Assembly (NCBI GenBank): GCA_013287965.1
Contig: JABDCU010000001.1
Span: forward strand, 5,910-69,909
Reading direction: 5' to 3'
DNA length: 64,000 bases
Source of the DNA: Candidatus Omnitrophota bacterium
GTDB lineage: Bacteria; Omnitrophota; Gorgyraeia; Zapsychrales; Fredricksoniimonadaceae
Part shown: positions 53,162-62,716 of the stretch, one piece after another
How the letters are laid out: the number at the start of each line of letters is the position of its first letter
Position numbering within the stretch: position 1 is the stretch's first letter
The notes under the pieces: generated by a model
Told to the model about the DNA's origin: nothing
Seen by the model: only the letters and a program-made list of their open reading frames with translations
Databases searched by the model: none
Made by a program: the position numbers and the translations under genes

Positions 53162-53542
53162 TTAAATATGCGCTACAACTTCGATTTCCACCATGGAATC
53201 CTTGGGAATGCGGGCAACCTGGATGGTGGAGCGGGCCGGCGCTGTTTCGGCCTTAAAATGCTTGGCGTAGACCTCATTCATTCCCGCGAAATCATTGAGG
53301 TCTTTGAGGAAAACCGTGGCCTTGACCACCTTTTCCAAAGATGAACCGCCGTGGGTCAAGACCGCGATGAGATTTTGGATGACTTGCTCTGTCTGCTCCT
53401 TGATGCCGCCGGGAACCATATTGCCTTGGACATCCAGCGGGATCTGCCCGGCCGTATAAATTAAATTGCCGATGGACACGGCTTGATTATAGGGGCCAAC
53501 GGGTAAGGATGCTTTATCTGTTTTAATGATCTTCTTGCTCAT
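53162..53542 (-). CDS. ridA: RidA/YjgF family reactive-intermediate deaminase.
   Basis: Full-length match to the RidA family (APAPVGPYSQA-like PYNQAVSIG, C-terminal IEVVA). Confidence 0.88.
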   Translation of the reverse strand: MSKKIIKTDKASLPVGPYNQAVSIGNLIYTAGQIPLDVQGNMVPGGIKEQTEQVIQNLIAVLTHGGSSLEKVVKATVFLKDLNDFAGMNEVYAKHFKAETAPARSTIQVARIPKDSMVEIEVVAHI

Positions 53543-54770
53543 GGGAACTCCTATGTTTGATGATGGCCTGCGCTACGGTGTATCCGCTGGCCCAGGCCCA
53601 TTGAAAATTAAATCCGCCGATGCGGCCGTCCACATCCAGGATCTCTCCGGCAAAAAATAAACCGAGCGTTAATTTTGATTCTAACGTTTTAGGATTGATT
53701 TGGGTCCAATCAACACCGCCAGCAGTAACTTCTGCCTTACTATACCCGAGCACTCCTGTAACATCAAGCGGATATTGCACGCATCTGTCGATCAGGCGCT
53801 GACGGGAAGCTTTGTCCAACTGATTCATGGGCAAAGAAGCTTCAATGCCTGCTTTTTTGAAGATGATATCTGCCAAGCGTTGGGGCATTAGTTCGATCAA
53901 TACATTCCTGATTGTCTTGCGGGGATTTTGTGTCCCAAGCTGGCGCAGATGCTCACCCCAAGAATTCTCATTATAAGTCGGAATAAAATTAGCAATGACC
54001 TGTTTCTTGCCTTTGGCCTTAAGAAAATGCCGGCTGATATCCAGGGCCGCGGGACCTGAAAAACCAAGGTGCGTGAAAAGAAAACTGTCCCGGAAAGAAA
54101 TACACCGTTTGCCGTCGGCTACAAGCGTCAGCTGGACTTCAAGGGTGATGCCTGATAAAGATTTGAAATCATTGTCCTGAGTGGTCAAAGGTGTTAGCGC
54201 GGGAACGGTTTCGACCATTGAGTGCCCAAAAGATTGTGCCAGCCTATACCCTGTGCCGTCGCTGCCGGTAGTAGGATAGGACAATCCGCCGGTGGTGAGG
54301 ACCACATTTTTCCCATTAAAATGAAACTGGTCTCCTTGGAGAATGAACCCTTCTTTGTCCCTGCTGACAGCCTTGACTTTATGCTCGCATAAAAGCGTGA
54401 TGTTCTTGGCTTGATTGATTTTGCGTAAAAGTGCCTCGAGAACGGTTTTACCGGAATTGGTGGAAGGAAAATACTTGCCCGTGGGCTCCAGGACCAGCTC
54501 AACACCCAGGCCGCTGAAAAACCTGATCGTGTCTTCATTGCTGAAAGAACGCAAAATATTGCGCACATAAATGATCTCTTCGCTGTTAAAATCTTTTTCA
54601 CTGACAGCTTTGTTGGTGACATTGCAGCGGGTCCCACCGGACATCAGTATCTTGGCGCCGACTTTTTTCTGCCCTTCAAGCAAAAGCACCTGCAAACCGC
54701 CCTGGGCCGCCTGGATGGCTGTCATCAGGCCCGCTGCGCCGGCACCGACGATGATCACGTCATAAATCAT
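53523..54770 (-). CDS. HI0933 / BaiN family FAD-dependent flavoprotein.
   Basis: N-terminal FAD motif YDVIIVGAGAAGLM, and GGTRCNVTN characteristic of the HI0933 family. Confidence 0.88.
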   Translation of the reverse strand: MIYDVIIVGAGAAGLMTAIQAAQGGLQVLLLEGQKKVGAKILMSGGTRCNVTNKAVSEKDFNSEEIIYVRNILRSFSNEDTIRFFSGLGVELVLEPTGKYFPSTNSGKTVLEALLRKINQAKNITLLCEHKVKAVSRDKEGFILQGDQFHFNGKNVVLTTGGLSYPTTGSDGTGYRLAQSFGHSMVETVPALTPLTTQDNDFKSLSGITLEVQLTLVADGKRCISFRDSFLFTHLGFSGPAALDISRHFLKAKGKKQVIANFIPTYNENSWGEHLRQLGTQNPRKTIRNVLIELMPQRLADIIFKKAGIEASLPMNQLDKASRQRLIDRCVQYPLDVTGVLGYSKAEVTAGGVDWTQINPKTLESKLTLGLFFAGEILDVDGRIGGFNFQWAWASGYTVAQAIIKHRSSHEQEDH

Positions 54771-54772
54771 TT

Positions 54773-55504
54773 TTAAATCCTCATGTTCCGGATCCCCACC
54801 TTCGCGGGAATGACAGCGGAAGGATCAACTTCCCTAAATTGACCAGGGATAAGATCGCCCAATTTTAGTTTTCCAAAAGCAATGCGTTTAAGGGCCGTGA
54901 CCTCCGAGCCCAGCGCCTCGAACATGCGGCGGATCTCACGGTTTTTCCCCTCAGTAAGCTCTACGATCAGATGGGACTCTTTATTGCTGGCTTTTCGCAA
55001 AGTGATTGATGATGCTTTCAATATCTGCCCCTTGTCCTGGATGCCTTGTGATAAACGTTTTATCTCATCGTCGGTGATCTTGCCTGCGACACTGACCGCG
55101 TAGATGCGCGGTATTTCATTGTCCGGATCAGTCAAAAAATTCGAAAGCTGAGTGTCGGTAGTCATCAATAATAAACCGCAGCTCGCCATATCCAAGCGTC
55201 CCACCGGATGCAGGTGCTGTAAATGAGGCGGCAATAGGTCATAAATTGTTTTGCGCCCCTTCTCATCTGATCTGGTGGTGACAATGCCCCGAGGCTTATA
55301 CATCATGATCGTACAAGCAGCAGCGCGGGCCGCCGGCTTACCATCAATAGTGATACGGATTTTCTCCGGAACAACTAAAAACGCAGGGTCTTTGATGACA
55401 CGGCCATTGACTGCGATGCTGCCGGCCTCGATCAGCCGTTTAGTCTGCGCACGGGACATGATGCCTAGTTTTGACAATGCCCGCTCTAAAGGAACTTGAC
55501 CCAT
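54773..55504 (-). CDS. RsuA/RluB-family pseudouridine synthase (S4 domain plus catalytic domain). The C-terminus carries an in-frame REP-1 (VIPAKVGI).
   Basis: S4 domain at the N-terminus. Catalytic HPVGRLD motif. Confidence 0.88.
   Translation of the reverse strand: MGQVPLERALSKLGIMSRAQTKRLIEAGSIAVNGRVIKDPAFLVVPEKIRITIDGKPAARAAACTIMMYKPRGIVTTRSDEKGRKTIYDLLPPHLQHLHPVGRLDMASCGLLLMTTDTQLSNFLTDPDNEIPRIYAVSVAGKITDDEIKRLSQGIQDKGQILKASSITLRKASNKESHLIVELTEGKNREIRRMFEALGSEVTALKRIAFGKLKLGDLIPGQFREVDPSAVIPAKVGIRNMRI
54790..54818. repeat. REP-1 element, degenerate copy, at the 3' end of the pseudouridine synthase gene.
   Basis: ggatccccaccttcgcgggaatgacagcg. Confidence 0.7.
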
Positions 55505-56433
55505 AAGCCCGCCAGATAGCTTTCCTTAAAACTGTTGCTGCCCGTAAAATCCTTGTCCTGCCCCACCCGTTGAATATGCGCCACCCGTCGGCCGTTGATT
55601 CCCGCCTTCGCGGGAATGACAATGGAATGTAGCATGCGCTCCAGATCAGCGTGGCTGATCTCACTGTAATTCGTCGTTACCAGCAAATACCCTCCTGGAT
55701 TTAAGACCGCCACGGCCAACGCTATTAATTTAGGCAGATCGCGTTTGACCTGGAACACCTTGCCTTCATGACGGGCAAAAGAAGGCGGATCAAGGATGAT
55801 CACATCAAAATTATTTCCCTTTTTAAAAGCCCTCTGCAAAAATGAAACGGTATCTGCCTTGATGAATTCTCCCGCGGCACCAGGCAAAGCATTGAGCTGA
55901 TAATTATTCTTCCCGCGGTCCAGTATCTTGCGGCTGATATCTGTATTAATGACTTCGCTGGCACCCCCAGCGCGGGCATGTGCCCCGAAAGAACAGGTAT
56001 ATGAAAATCCGTTAAGGACTTTTTTTCCCTTGGAGAACTGTCCGACCATCCTGCGGTTGGCCCGCATGTCTAAAAACAAACCGCAGTTAAGCCCGTCATC
56101 CAAATTAACTTCAAACTTAATGCCGTATTCTTCAACGACCGTTCGGGGGTCAGCGCCTATCAATACCTCTGCCTTGACCTCTAGTCCCCTGCGGGCTTTG
56201 ACGATCAGATACTCCACCGGCATAGAGGAAGTCAATACATGGCAGATCTCATCCATTTGTTTATGCCAATGGTCAGCTAAAATCTGTACATGAAAATGTT
56301 TGTTATGCCGGTCGATCAGAAGCCCATCCAAGCCATCACCCTTGCCATTGACTAAGCGCATAGCATTGGTGATCAAATTTAATTGCTTTCGCCGTTGGAG
56401 GGCTTTCTCAAAGGTGCTTGCGAGCAATTTCAT
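55486..56433 (-). CDS. RlmI/RlmK-like class I SAM-dependent rRNA methyltransferase. The likely start is MKLLASTF. It carries an in-frame REP-1 insertion (IVIPAKAGINGRRV) near the C-terminus.
   Basis: Methyltransferase motifs VLNGFSYTCSFG and DVIILDPPSFA. A PUA-like N-terminal region. Confidence 0.8.
   Translation of the reverse strand: MKLLASTFEKALQRRKQLNLITNAMRLVNGKGDGLDGLLIDRHNKHFHVQILADHWHKQMDEICHVLTSSMPVEYLIVKARRGLEVKAEVLIGADPRTVVEEYGIKFEVNLDDGLNCGLFLDMRANRRMVGQFSKGKKVLNGFSYTCSFGAHARAGGASEVINTDISRKILDRGKNNYQLNALPGAAGEFIKADTVSFLQRAFKKGNNFDVIILDPPSFARHEGKVFQVKRDLPKLIALAVAVLNPGGYLLVTTNYSEISHADLERMLHSIVIPAKAGINGRRVAHIQRVGQDKDFTGSNSFKESYLAGLWVKFL
55596..55625. repeat. REP-1 element copy inside the RlmI-like gene.
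   Basis: ttgattcccgccttcgcgggaatgacaatg. Confidence 0.85.
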
Positions 56434-57941
56434 GGATGGGCTCTTAAGATTTCTTCTGTGGCCCGACGGCAGTTCCCTGTGGGACAATCCAGGTAGGACA
56501 ATTCCAGCCTGCGCTCCATGATATCATCAACATTTTGCGCCATCTCAACATCCCGCGCATAAACGACCTGGGCGGCAATGGCCGATGAGCAGGAGCAGAT
56601 CTTTTCTTTAAGCAGGTCATTGCCTTGGGCGATATTAAGCACATCCCCAAAGCGGCTGCCATAGATACCCTGCAAATACCTGACTAAGTCAAGCGACACT
56701 CCATAGCGCTGGCTTAAGATCTTAAGTTCCTCGTTACATCCCCCGCTGCCGTAAAGAACATACTTTTCCCCATACGGTATACGCGAAGCAATAGAAGGCA
56801 TTTCTTTCCTGACGGCCTCCTCGGCAATGGCGCGATAGGTGGTGTATTTACCGCCCATGACAAAACAAATACCGGAGGAATTCGTTTCAATGTCATGCTT
56901 ACGGGAAATGCGCGAAGGGTCTCCTTTGTCAGCGACCAAAGGCCTTAAACCGGCAAAGGTGGTAATGATCTTGGACGCGTTAAAATTAATATTAGGAAAA
57001 ACCCTGCCTGCTTCCTGCAATAAATACTGCACGTCCGCTTCCTCGACCTTTACGCTGTCCGGACTTTGATGGTAATCCGTATCAGTGGTCCCTATTAAAG
57101 TATTGCCCTTAAAAGGAATGACAAAAAAAATACGTTTGTCCTGGCGGCTTTGCAGTAAAAAGGCGCTGGAAGAAATTTCACCCCGGTAAACAATGTGGAC
57201 ACCCTTGGTCGGCCGCAGGCGCTTGACAGAGCGCGGCCTGTCTTTTTCAATTAACTCATCTGACCATGGCCCCGCGGTCACAATGATCTTGGACGCAAAA
57301 ATATCCATCTGCTGGCCGTTTAACCTATCACGGGCCTTGACACCAACGGCGCGTTTATTGTTGTCTTTGATAAAACTTTCAACCTCAACATAATTAGCTG
57401 CTGCTGCCCCGTGCAGGTCTGCCATCAATACATTTTCCAAACAAAGCCTGGCATCATCCATCTGGGCATCAAAATATTCCACCCCTCCGACCAGCCCGTC
57501 TAAGTTAATGGCCGGTGCCCGTGACGTAATGTCAGCGACGGATAAAAAGCGATGATGGCCGATCCGGTATTTACCGCCCAAAAGATCATAAAGCCAAACG
57601 CCTAATTGCATCATCCATAAGGGCCTTTTGTCATTCTTATAGACCGGGATAACAAAGGGCATGGGCTTGACCAGATAGGGTGCCGCCTGCCACTGGATGA
57701 AACGTTCCCTTAAGGATTCATGCACTAGGTCAAATTCAAAGTTTTCCAGATAACGGATGCCGCCATGCAGGAGTTTGGTGGATTTACTTGAGGTGCCGCC
57801 GGCAAAATCACCCTTTTCCAGCAAAGCAACGCTGGCCCCGCAACTGGCAGCCAAATTAGCAATGGCCGCGCCATTGATCCCTCCGCCGACGACAATGAGA
57901 TCGAATTTATTTTTACTAAGGCGTGAAATATCGCGGATCAA
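56430..57941 (-). CDS. glpD: FAD-dependent glycerol-3-phosphate dehydrogenase.
   Basis: DLIVVGGGINGAAIA dinucleotide-binding motif. Full-length GlpD/GlpA similarity. Confidence 0.88.
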   Translation of the reverse strand: MIRDISRLSKNKFDLIVVGGGINGAAIANLAASCGASVALLEKGDFAGGTSSKSTKLLHGGIRYLENFEFDLVHESLRERFIQWQAAPYLVKPMPFVIPVYKNDKRPLWMMQLGVWLYDLLGGKYRIGHHRFLSVADITSRAPAINLDGLVGGVEYFDAQMDDARLCLENVLMADLHGAAAANYVEVESFIKDNNKRAVGVKARDRLNGQQMDIFASKIIVTAGPWSDELIEKDRPRSVKRLRPTKGVHIVYRGEISSSAFLLQSRQDKRIFFVIPFKGNTLIGTTDTDYHQSPDSVKVEEADVQYLLQEAGRVFPNINFNASKIITTFAGLRPLVADKGDPSRISRKHDIETNSSGICFVMGGKYTTYRAIAEEAVRKEMPSIASRIPYGEKYVLYGSGGCNEELKILSQRYGVSLDLVRYLQGIYGSRFGDVLNIAQGNDLLKEKICSCSSAIAAQVVYARDVEMAQNVDDIMERRLELSYLDCPTGNCRRATEEILRAHP

Positions 57942-57950
57942 TTTATCCCC

Positions 57951-59432
57951 TTATTTGGCCAACGCCTGGCGCACCGCATGGCACCAGCCGTCATATTTAG
58001 TTTTGGCTATTGAACGCGGCATGCCGGGCTTAAAGATCCGCTCGATCGTTTTGATCTTAAGGACTTCCTGTGGTTTCCATAGACCAACGGAAACACCTGC
58101 TAAATAAGCCGCTCCGGCGGCGGTGGAATCAACCATCAAAGGCCTTGCAATAGGAATGGCCAGCATATCTGCCTGAAACTGCATCAAAAAATTATTGCGG
58201 CAAGCCCCGCCGTCAACGGCCAAAGATCTTATCCGAAGACCGGATTCACGGCCCATCAAGTCAAAGACTTCCTTGGTTTGATACGCCATGGATTCCAGGG
58301 CCGCACGCACGATATGCCGCGCGTTTGCCCCCCTTGTTAAACCTGTTATGATGCCCCGCGCATCCGCATTCCAATAGGGTGCCCCTAAGCCCACAAAAGC
58401 CGGGACCAGGTAAACTCCATTTGTATCCTTAATGCCGGAGATCATCTTTTCACTCGACGAAGAGTCCTTGATCATTTTTAATTCATCCCTCAGCCATTGG
58501 ATCACCGCCCCGGCGATAAACACAGCGCCTTCCAGCACATATGCCGGCTGTCCGTGAGCATCGCAACCCAAGGTGGTTAAAAGGCCTTTTTTAGAATAAA
58601 CGCATTTTTTGCCCGTGTTAAGCAGCATGAAACATCCTGTGCCATAGGTGTTCTTGATGCTGCCAGGCAGAAAACATCCCTGCCCGTATAAAGCTGCTTG
58701 CTGGTCACCCATCACGGCCGTGATGGGAATGCCATCGGGAAGACCGGCAACACCTTTGGCCGTATACCCAAACACCGATGATGAAGCTAGCACCTTGGGC
58801 AAAATATTTTCAGGGACATTCAACAATTTTAATAACGGCTTGCTCCATGCCTTGGTCCTGATATCAAAGATCAGCGTGCGGCTGGCATTGGTCATGTCTG
58901 TGACGTGGGCCGCGCCATTCGTTAATTTATAGATAAGCCAGCTGTCGATGGTGCCAAAAGCAACTTGTCCGCCGGCCGCTTTTTGTCTAAGGCCCGCCAC
59001 ATGGTCCAGGAGCCATTGGACCTTTGTACCTGAAAAATAAGCATCAACAACCAGGCCCGTTGTCCTGCGAAATAAACCTTCATGTTTTTTGAGCCCTGCA
59101 CAAATGGCCGCGGTGCGGCGGCATTGCCAAACAATAGCATGATAAAAGGGTTTGGAAGTCTTGCGGTCCCATAGAACAGTCGTCTCCCGCTGATTAGTAA
59201 TGCCGATGGCTGCGATGGCCTTGGGATCAATGCGGGAAGATGTCAGTGCTTTGCGTATAACGGCTTCAACGCTTCTCCAAATCTCCTGGGCATCATGCTC
59301 AACCCAGCCGGGCTTGGGATAATATTGCTTAAATTCCTGATAAGCGCTGGAAACAACATGGCCTTGGGCGTCAAAAATAAACGCCCTGGAGCCCGTCGTA
59401 CCCTGATCAATGGAAAGTATATATTTTTTCAT
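57951..59432 (-). CDS. glpK: Glycerol kinase.
   Basis: MKKYILSIDQGTTGSRAFIFD, and an FGGY kinase with conservation throughout. Confidence 0.96.
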   Translation of the reverse strand: MKKYILSIDQGTTGSRAFIFDAQGHVVSSAYQEFKQYYPKPGWVEHDAQEIWRSVEAVIRKALTSSRIDPKAIAAIGITNQRETTVLWDRKTSKPFYHAIVWQCRRTAAICAGLKKHEGLFRRTTGLVVDAYFSGTKVQWLLDHVAGLRQKAAGGQVAFGTIDSWLIYKLTNGAAHVTDMTNASRTLIFDIRTKAWSKPLLKLLNVPENILPKVLASSSVFGYTAKGVAGLPDGIPITAVMGDQQAALYGQGCFLPGSIKNTYGTGCFMLLNTGKKCVYSKKGLLTTLGCDAHGQPAYVLEGAVFIAGAVIQWLRDELKMIKDSSSSEKMISGIKDTNGVYLVPAFVGLGAPYWNADARGIITGLTRGANARHIVRAALESMAYQTKEVFDLMGRESGLRIRSLAVDGGACRNNFLMQFQADMLAIPIARPLMVDSTAAGAAYLAGVSVGLWKPQEVLKIKTIERIFKPGMPRSIAKTKYDGWCHAVRQALAK

Positions 59433-59449
59433 GGTCCTCTGACTTTATG

Positions 59450-60223
59450 CTAATTGCCCGATGGCTGTTGCTGTTGTTGCTCTGCCGCTTGGGTGAATCT
59501 TCTTTTATTCGCCTCAAATCCCGCGTCACCCAGGATCTTCCTGGCTAATTCATCTTTATCCATCCCATTGTCAAAATCATAATCCACAATGGCCACGATC
59601 TGTATCAGCTCCCCAAAGGACCTCTGGAGCATCTGCGGGTTGGCACCGGTTATCTGATCGATCATCTGCACATAATGCTCCGGCGGTTCATTGATCTTGA
59701 CCCCCTGCTTCTGGAAGCGATCAATGTACTCAGACACCGTTATGACCTTGGCCTGATCGTCGATCAACAATGGCCAGACAGTTGATGTTGTGTCCAGCTT
59801 TTTCCATACTTCAGCAAGGTCAACCGTATCTTTGACCTGTACCGGTCCCGCTTGGGGGATAAACTGCCGTTGCTGGGAGGCGCCGGGATTCACGGCCTGT
59901 GCTGTGGGCTCATCGATCTCTGTGCTATTGCCAAACGGCACACTGTCACTTGTGATTGATTGATTATGGGCAGCAAGAATGGCCTGGGCAATGGCCTGAT
60001 TGCGCTGGTCAACCGTCTGCTGATACGTCGGCTGTTCAGGGGCCCCTTGACCTTGCTCTCCCGTCTGCTGTTGATGCTGTTGGTACTCTGCCTGGGTTGG
60101 CCTGTGCCTATGGGCTTTCTTCTGGTTGATGAGGTATAACACGGCGCCACCATGGCAAATATCTGCTGATAGGGAAAAAATAAAGCAGAAAAGGATAAAA
60201 AAAAGCCGCCGCTTCAAATGCAC
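59450..60223 (-). CDS. Secreted Gln-rich hypothetical protein.
   Basis: Signal peptide. A Q-rich low-complexity segment. No recognisable domain. Confidence 0.45.
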   Translation of the reverse strand: MHLKRRLFFILFCFIFSLSADICHGGAVLYLINQKKAHRHRPTQAEYQQHQQQTGEQGQGAPEQPTYQQTVDQRNQAIAQAILAAHNQSITSDSVPFGNSTEIDEPTAQAVNPGASQQRQFIPQAGPVQVKDTVDLAEVWKKLDTTSTVWPLLIDDQAKVITVSEYIDRFQKQGVKINEPPEHYVQMIDQITGANPQMLQRSFGELIQIVAIVDYDFDNGMDKDELARKILGDAGFEANKRRFTQAAEQQQQQPSGN

Positions 60224-60237
60224 CGCCTCGATTTTTG

Positions 60238-60732
60238 TTACAATCTATTTAAAGCGTCCCTTGCGCCTGGATAATCATTGAGATCAACCGCTTTTTGGTA
60301 ATATCCCCTGGCCTTAAATTTATCCCCCAGGGCGTTAAGGTATATTTCGCCTAACATAAAATAGCACTGCCCTAAATAAACCTGGTCTTTGTTGGGATTG
60401 AATCCGTTGATGGCTTTAAGCAATTGCGCCTCTGCCAGGCGCAGGGTCTCTATGCCTTTTTTCTGGTCGCTGTCTTTAAAAATGGCCACCCCATTGCCAA
60501 AAAGGATGCTGCCGTAGATCAAATGCCTCATTGGGGTAGGGTCCAGGCGGATGGAACGGACCATGAGGTCCAAACCCTGGTCCATATTGCCATCATCAAT
60601 GGCTTGGGCGCTCTTGTCCTCAAGATCATCTGCCTGGGACTTAAGCTTTTGGCCGTCAGTGGGGATGGATTGCGCGAAAGCGTACCCCGACCAAAACACC
60701 AGCATGAAAAAAACAAGGTATCGACTCACCAT
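60238..60732 (-). CDS. Secreted TPR-like protein.
   Basis: Signal peptide. A TPR-like helix pair (LGQCYFMLGEIYLNALGDKFKARGYYQKAVDLN). Confidence 0.5.
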   Translation of the reverse strand: MVSRYLVFFMLVFWSGYAFAQSIPTDGQKLKSQADDLEDKSAQAIDDGNMDQGLDLMVRSIRLDPTPMRHLIYGSILFGNGVAIFKDSDQKKGIETLRLAEAQLLKAINGFNPNKDQVYLGQCYFMLGEIYLNALGDKFKARGYYQKAVDLNDYPGARDALNRL

Positions 60733-60752
60733 TACCTGCCCTGAAATGCTGA

Positions 60753-61268
60753 TTAATCCTTGCCCCCCGGTGGCGGCGTCTTGGCCTGGGCAGCATCCGG
60801 CATATCGATCAGTTCATGGAGTAAGGCCGCTGATTTAAGCATATTGTCCCTGTCCTGCTGGGCCTGGAAGATCTCAACACTGTGGCGGGCAGCTAAAACC
60901 GCTGGTAATTTCTTGCCTGACATTTTATTGGCGATGCTCAACATATAAAAAACAGTCCCGTCGTCAGGAAAGGTCTTGCCGGCCATCTCAAGAAAATCCG
61001 CGGCATGGTCATATTCCTGGACCTTCAGGAGGATCTGTCCTAAAAGCAGGTATGCTTCCGGCTCTGAAGGGTTGATCTTAATGGATGTTTCAAGGTCCAC
61101 GATGGTGGATTTCAGGTCTTTATTTTGCAGGTCATTCAAACTCTTCATGATCAATTTATGGCCAATGTCTTTTTGCTGGTCTGCTGTCGGCTGTTGCTGT
61201 TGGACTTCCTGCTTTTGGCAGCCGGCCAAGGCAAAAAGCGCGATCAAAACAAATAAAGTCTTTTTCAT
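60753..61268 (-). CDS. TPR-containing lipoprotein.
   Basis: Lipobox LAGC after the signal peptide (MKKTLFVLIALFALAGCQ). TPR-like repeats. Confidence 0.65.
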   Translation of the reverse strand: MKKTLFVLIALFALAGCQKQEVQQQQPTADQQKDIGHKLIMKSLNDLQNKDLKSTIVDLETSIKINPSEPEAYLLLGQILLKVQEYDHAADFLEMAGKTFPDDGTVFYMLSIANKMSGKKLPAVLAARHSVEIFQAQQDRDNMLKSAALLHELIDMPDAAQAKTPPPGGKD

Positions 61269-61273
61269 AGTAG

Positions 61274-62716
61274 CTATCCTTTTTGGTTTACCTTCGTTGT
61301 TAAATAATGGTGCACGCCTTGGGCTGCCGTGCGTCCTTCATGGATCGCCCACACCACCAATGACTGGCCGCGGGTCATGTCACCCGCTGTAAAAACACCC
61401 GGTACCGACGTCATCTTGTTAGCATCAGCGCTTACATTCCCACGGGCATCCAGGGCGACCCCTAATTCTTCCAACATCCCTTTTTTAACAGGACCTAAAA
61501 ACCCCATTGCCAAAAGCAATAGGTCACAATCCATTTCAAACTCGGACCCCGCGATCTCGCTCATCTTCATTTGCCCGTTGGCAGCATCCTTGCCCCACTG
61601 CAGGCGCACGGCATGCAATTTTCTCAACTGGCCGTTCTCCCCGCTTAAACGTTTAGTCATAATACTATAATCACGGACGCATCCTTCTTCATGGGAACTT
61701 GAGGTGCGTAAAATAAATGCCCAATTCGGCCAAGGATTGTCTGCAGAACGTTTTTCCGGGGGCTGAGGCATCAATTCAAACTGATGGATGCTTAAAGCTC
61801 CCTGGCGGGTGGCGGTACCGACACAGTCCGAGCCTGTGTCCCCGCCGCCTAACACGATCACACGTTTACCCTTGGCCGTAACTTCTTCAAACCTGTCCGT
61901 CGGACATTTATTATCGCGCAAATTCTGCTGCGGTAAATAATACATGGCCTGGTAGGTGCCTTTTAATTCACGCCCTGGTACCGGCAGTTCACGTCCGGCC
62001 TCAGCACCGCCGCATAAAACTATTGAGTCATACTTGTCCCGTAATTCCTTGGGACTGATATCCACCCCGACATGGGCATTGGTCTTAAAAACGATCCCTT
62101 CTTCGCGCATGCGGTCAACCCGACGGAAAACCACCTGCTTTTCCAATTTAAAATCCGGGATCCCCAGGGTCAAAAGCCCGCCGATAAGTTCATTCTTTTC
62201 ATAAACCGTGACCTTATGGCCTTTTTTATTAAGCTCATCCGCGCAAGCGAGTCCCGCGGGGCCGGAACCGATGACCGCGACCTTCATGCCGGTGCGGTGT
62301 TTAGGTTTATTGGGTTTGATCCAGCCTTTATCATAGGCGTGTTCAACAATGGCAAGTTCAATATTCTTGATCGTCACCGGCGGGGCATTAATGCCAAGCA
62401 CGCAGGCATTTTCGCAAGGGGCCGGACAAACGCGCCCTGTAAATTCCGGGAAATTATTGGTCTTGTGCAGCCGCTCGATGGCTTCCTGCCATCGGTCACG
62501 GTAAACCAGGTCATTCCAATCCGGGATGATATTGCCGATAGGGCAGCCTGACTGGCAAAACGGCACACCGCAATCCATGCAGCGCGCACCCTGGTCCTTT
62601 AATTCCTTTTGGGCGGGAAGATGCGTGAATTCCTTAAAATTCTTGACCCGACGGGAAATTTCGTCTTTCTTGTAGTCCTGCCGGTCATACTTCATGAAGC
62701 CCTTAATATCACCCAT
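61274..62716 (-). CDS. gltD: Glutamate synthase (NADPH) small subunit.
   Basis: Two Fe-S Cys clusters (CMDCGVPFCQSGCP, RVCPAPCENAC), and FAD/NAD(P) motifs (VAVIGSGPAGLA). Confidence 0.94.
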   Translation of the reverse strand: MGDIKGFMKYDRQDYKKDEISRRVKNFKEFTHLPAQKELKDQGARCMDCGVPFCQSGCPIGNIIPDWNDLVYRDRWQEAIERLHKTNNFPEFTGRVCPAPCENACVLGINAPPVTIKNIELAIVEHAYDKGWIKPNKPKHRTGMKVAVIGSGPAGLACADELNKKGHKVTVYEKNELIGGLLTLGIPDFKLEKQVVFRRVDRMREEGIVFKTNAHVGVDISPKELRDKYDSIVLCGGAEAGRELPVPGRELKGTYQAMYYLPQQNLRDNKCPTDRFEEVTAKGKRVIVLGGGDTGSDCVGTATRQGALSIHQFELMPQPPEKRSADNPWPNWAFILRTSSSHEEGCVRDYSIMTKRLSGENGQLRKLHAVRLQWGKDAANGQMKMSEIAGSEFEMDCDLLLLAMGFLGPVKKGMLEELGVALDARGNVSADANKMTSVPGVFTAGDMTRGQSLVVWAIHEGRTAAQGVHHYLTTKVNQKG

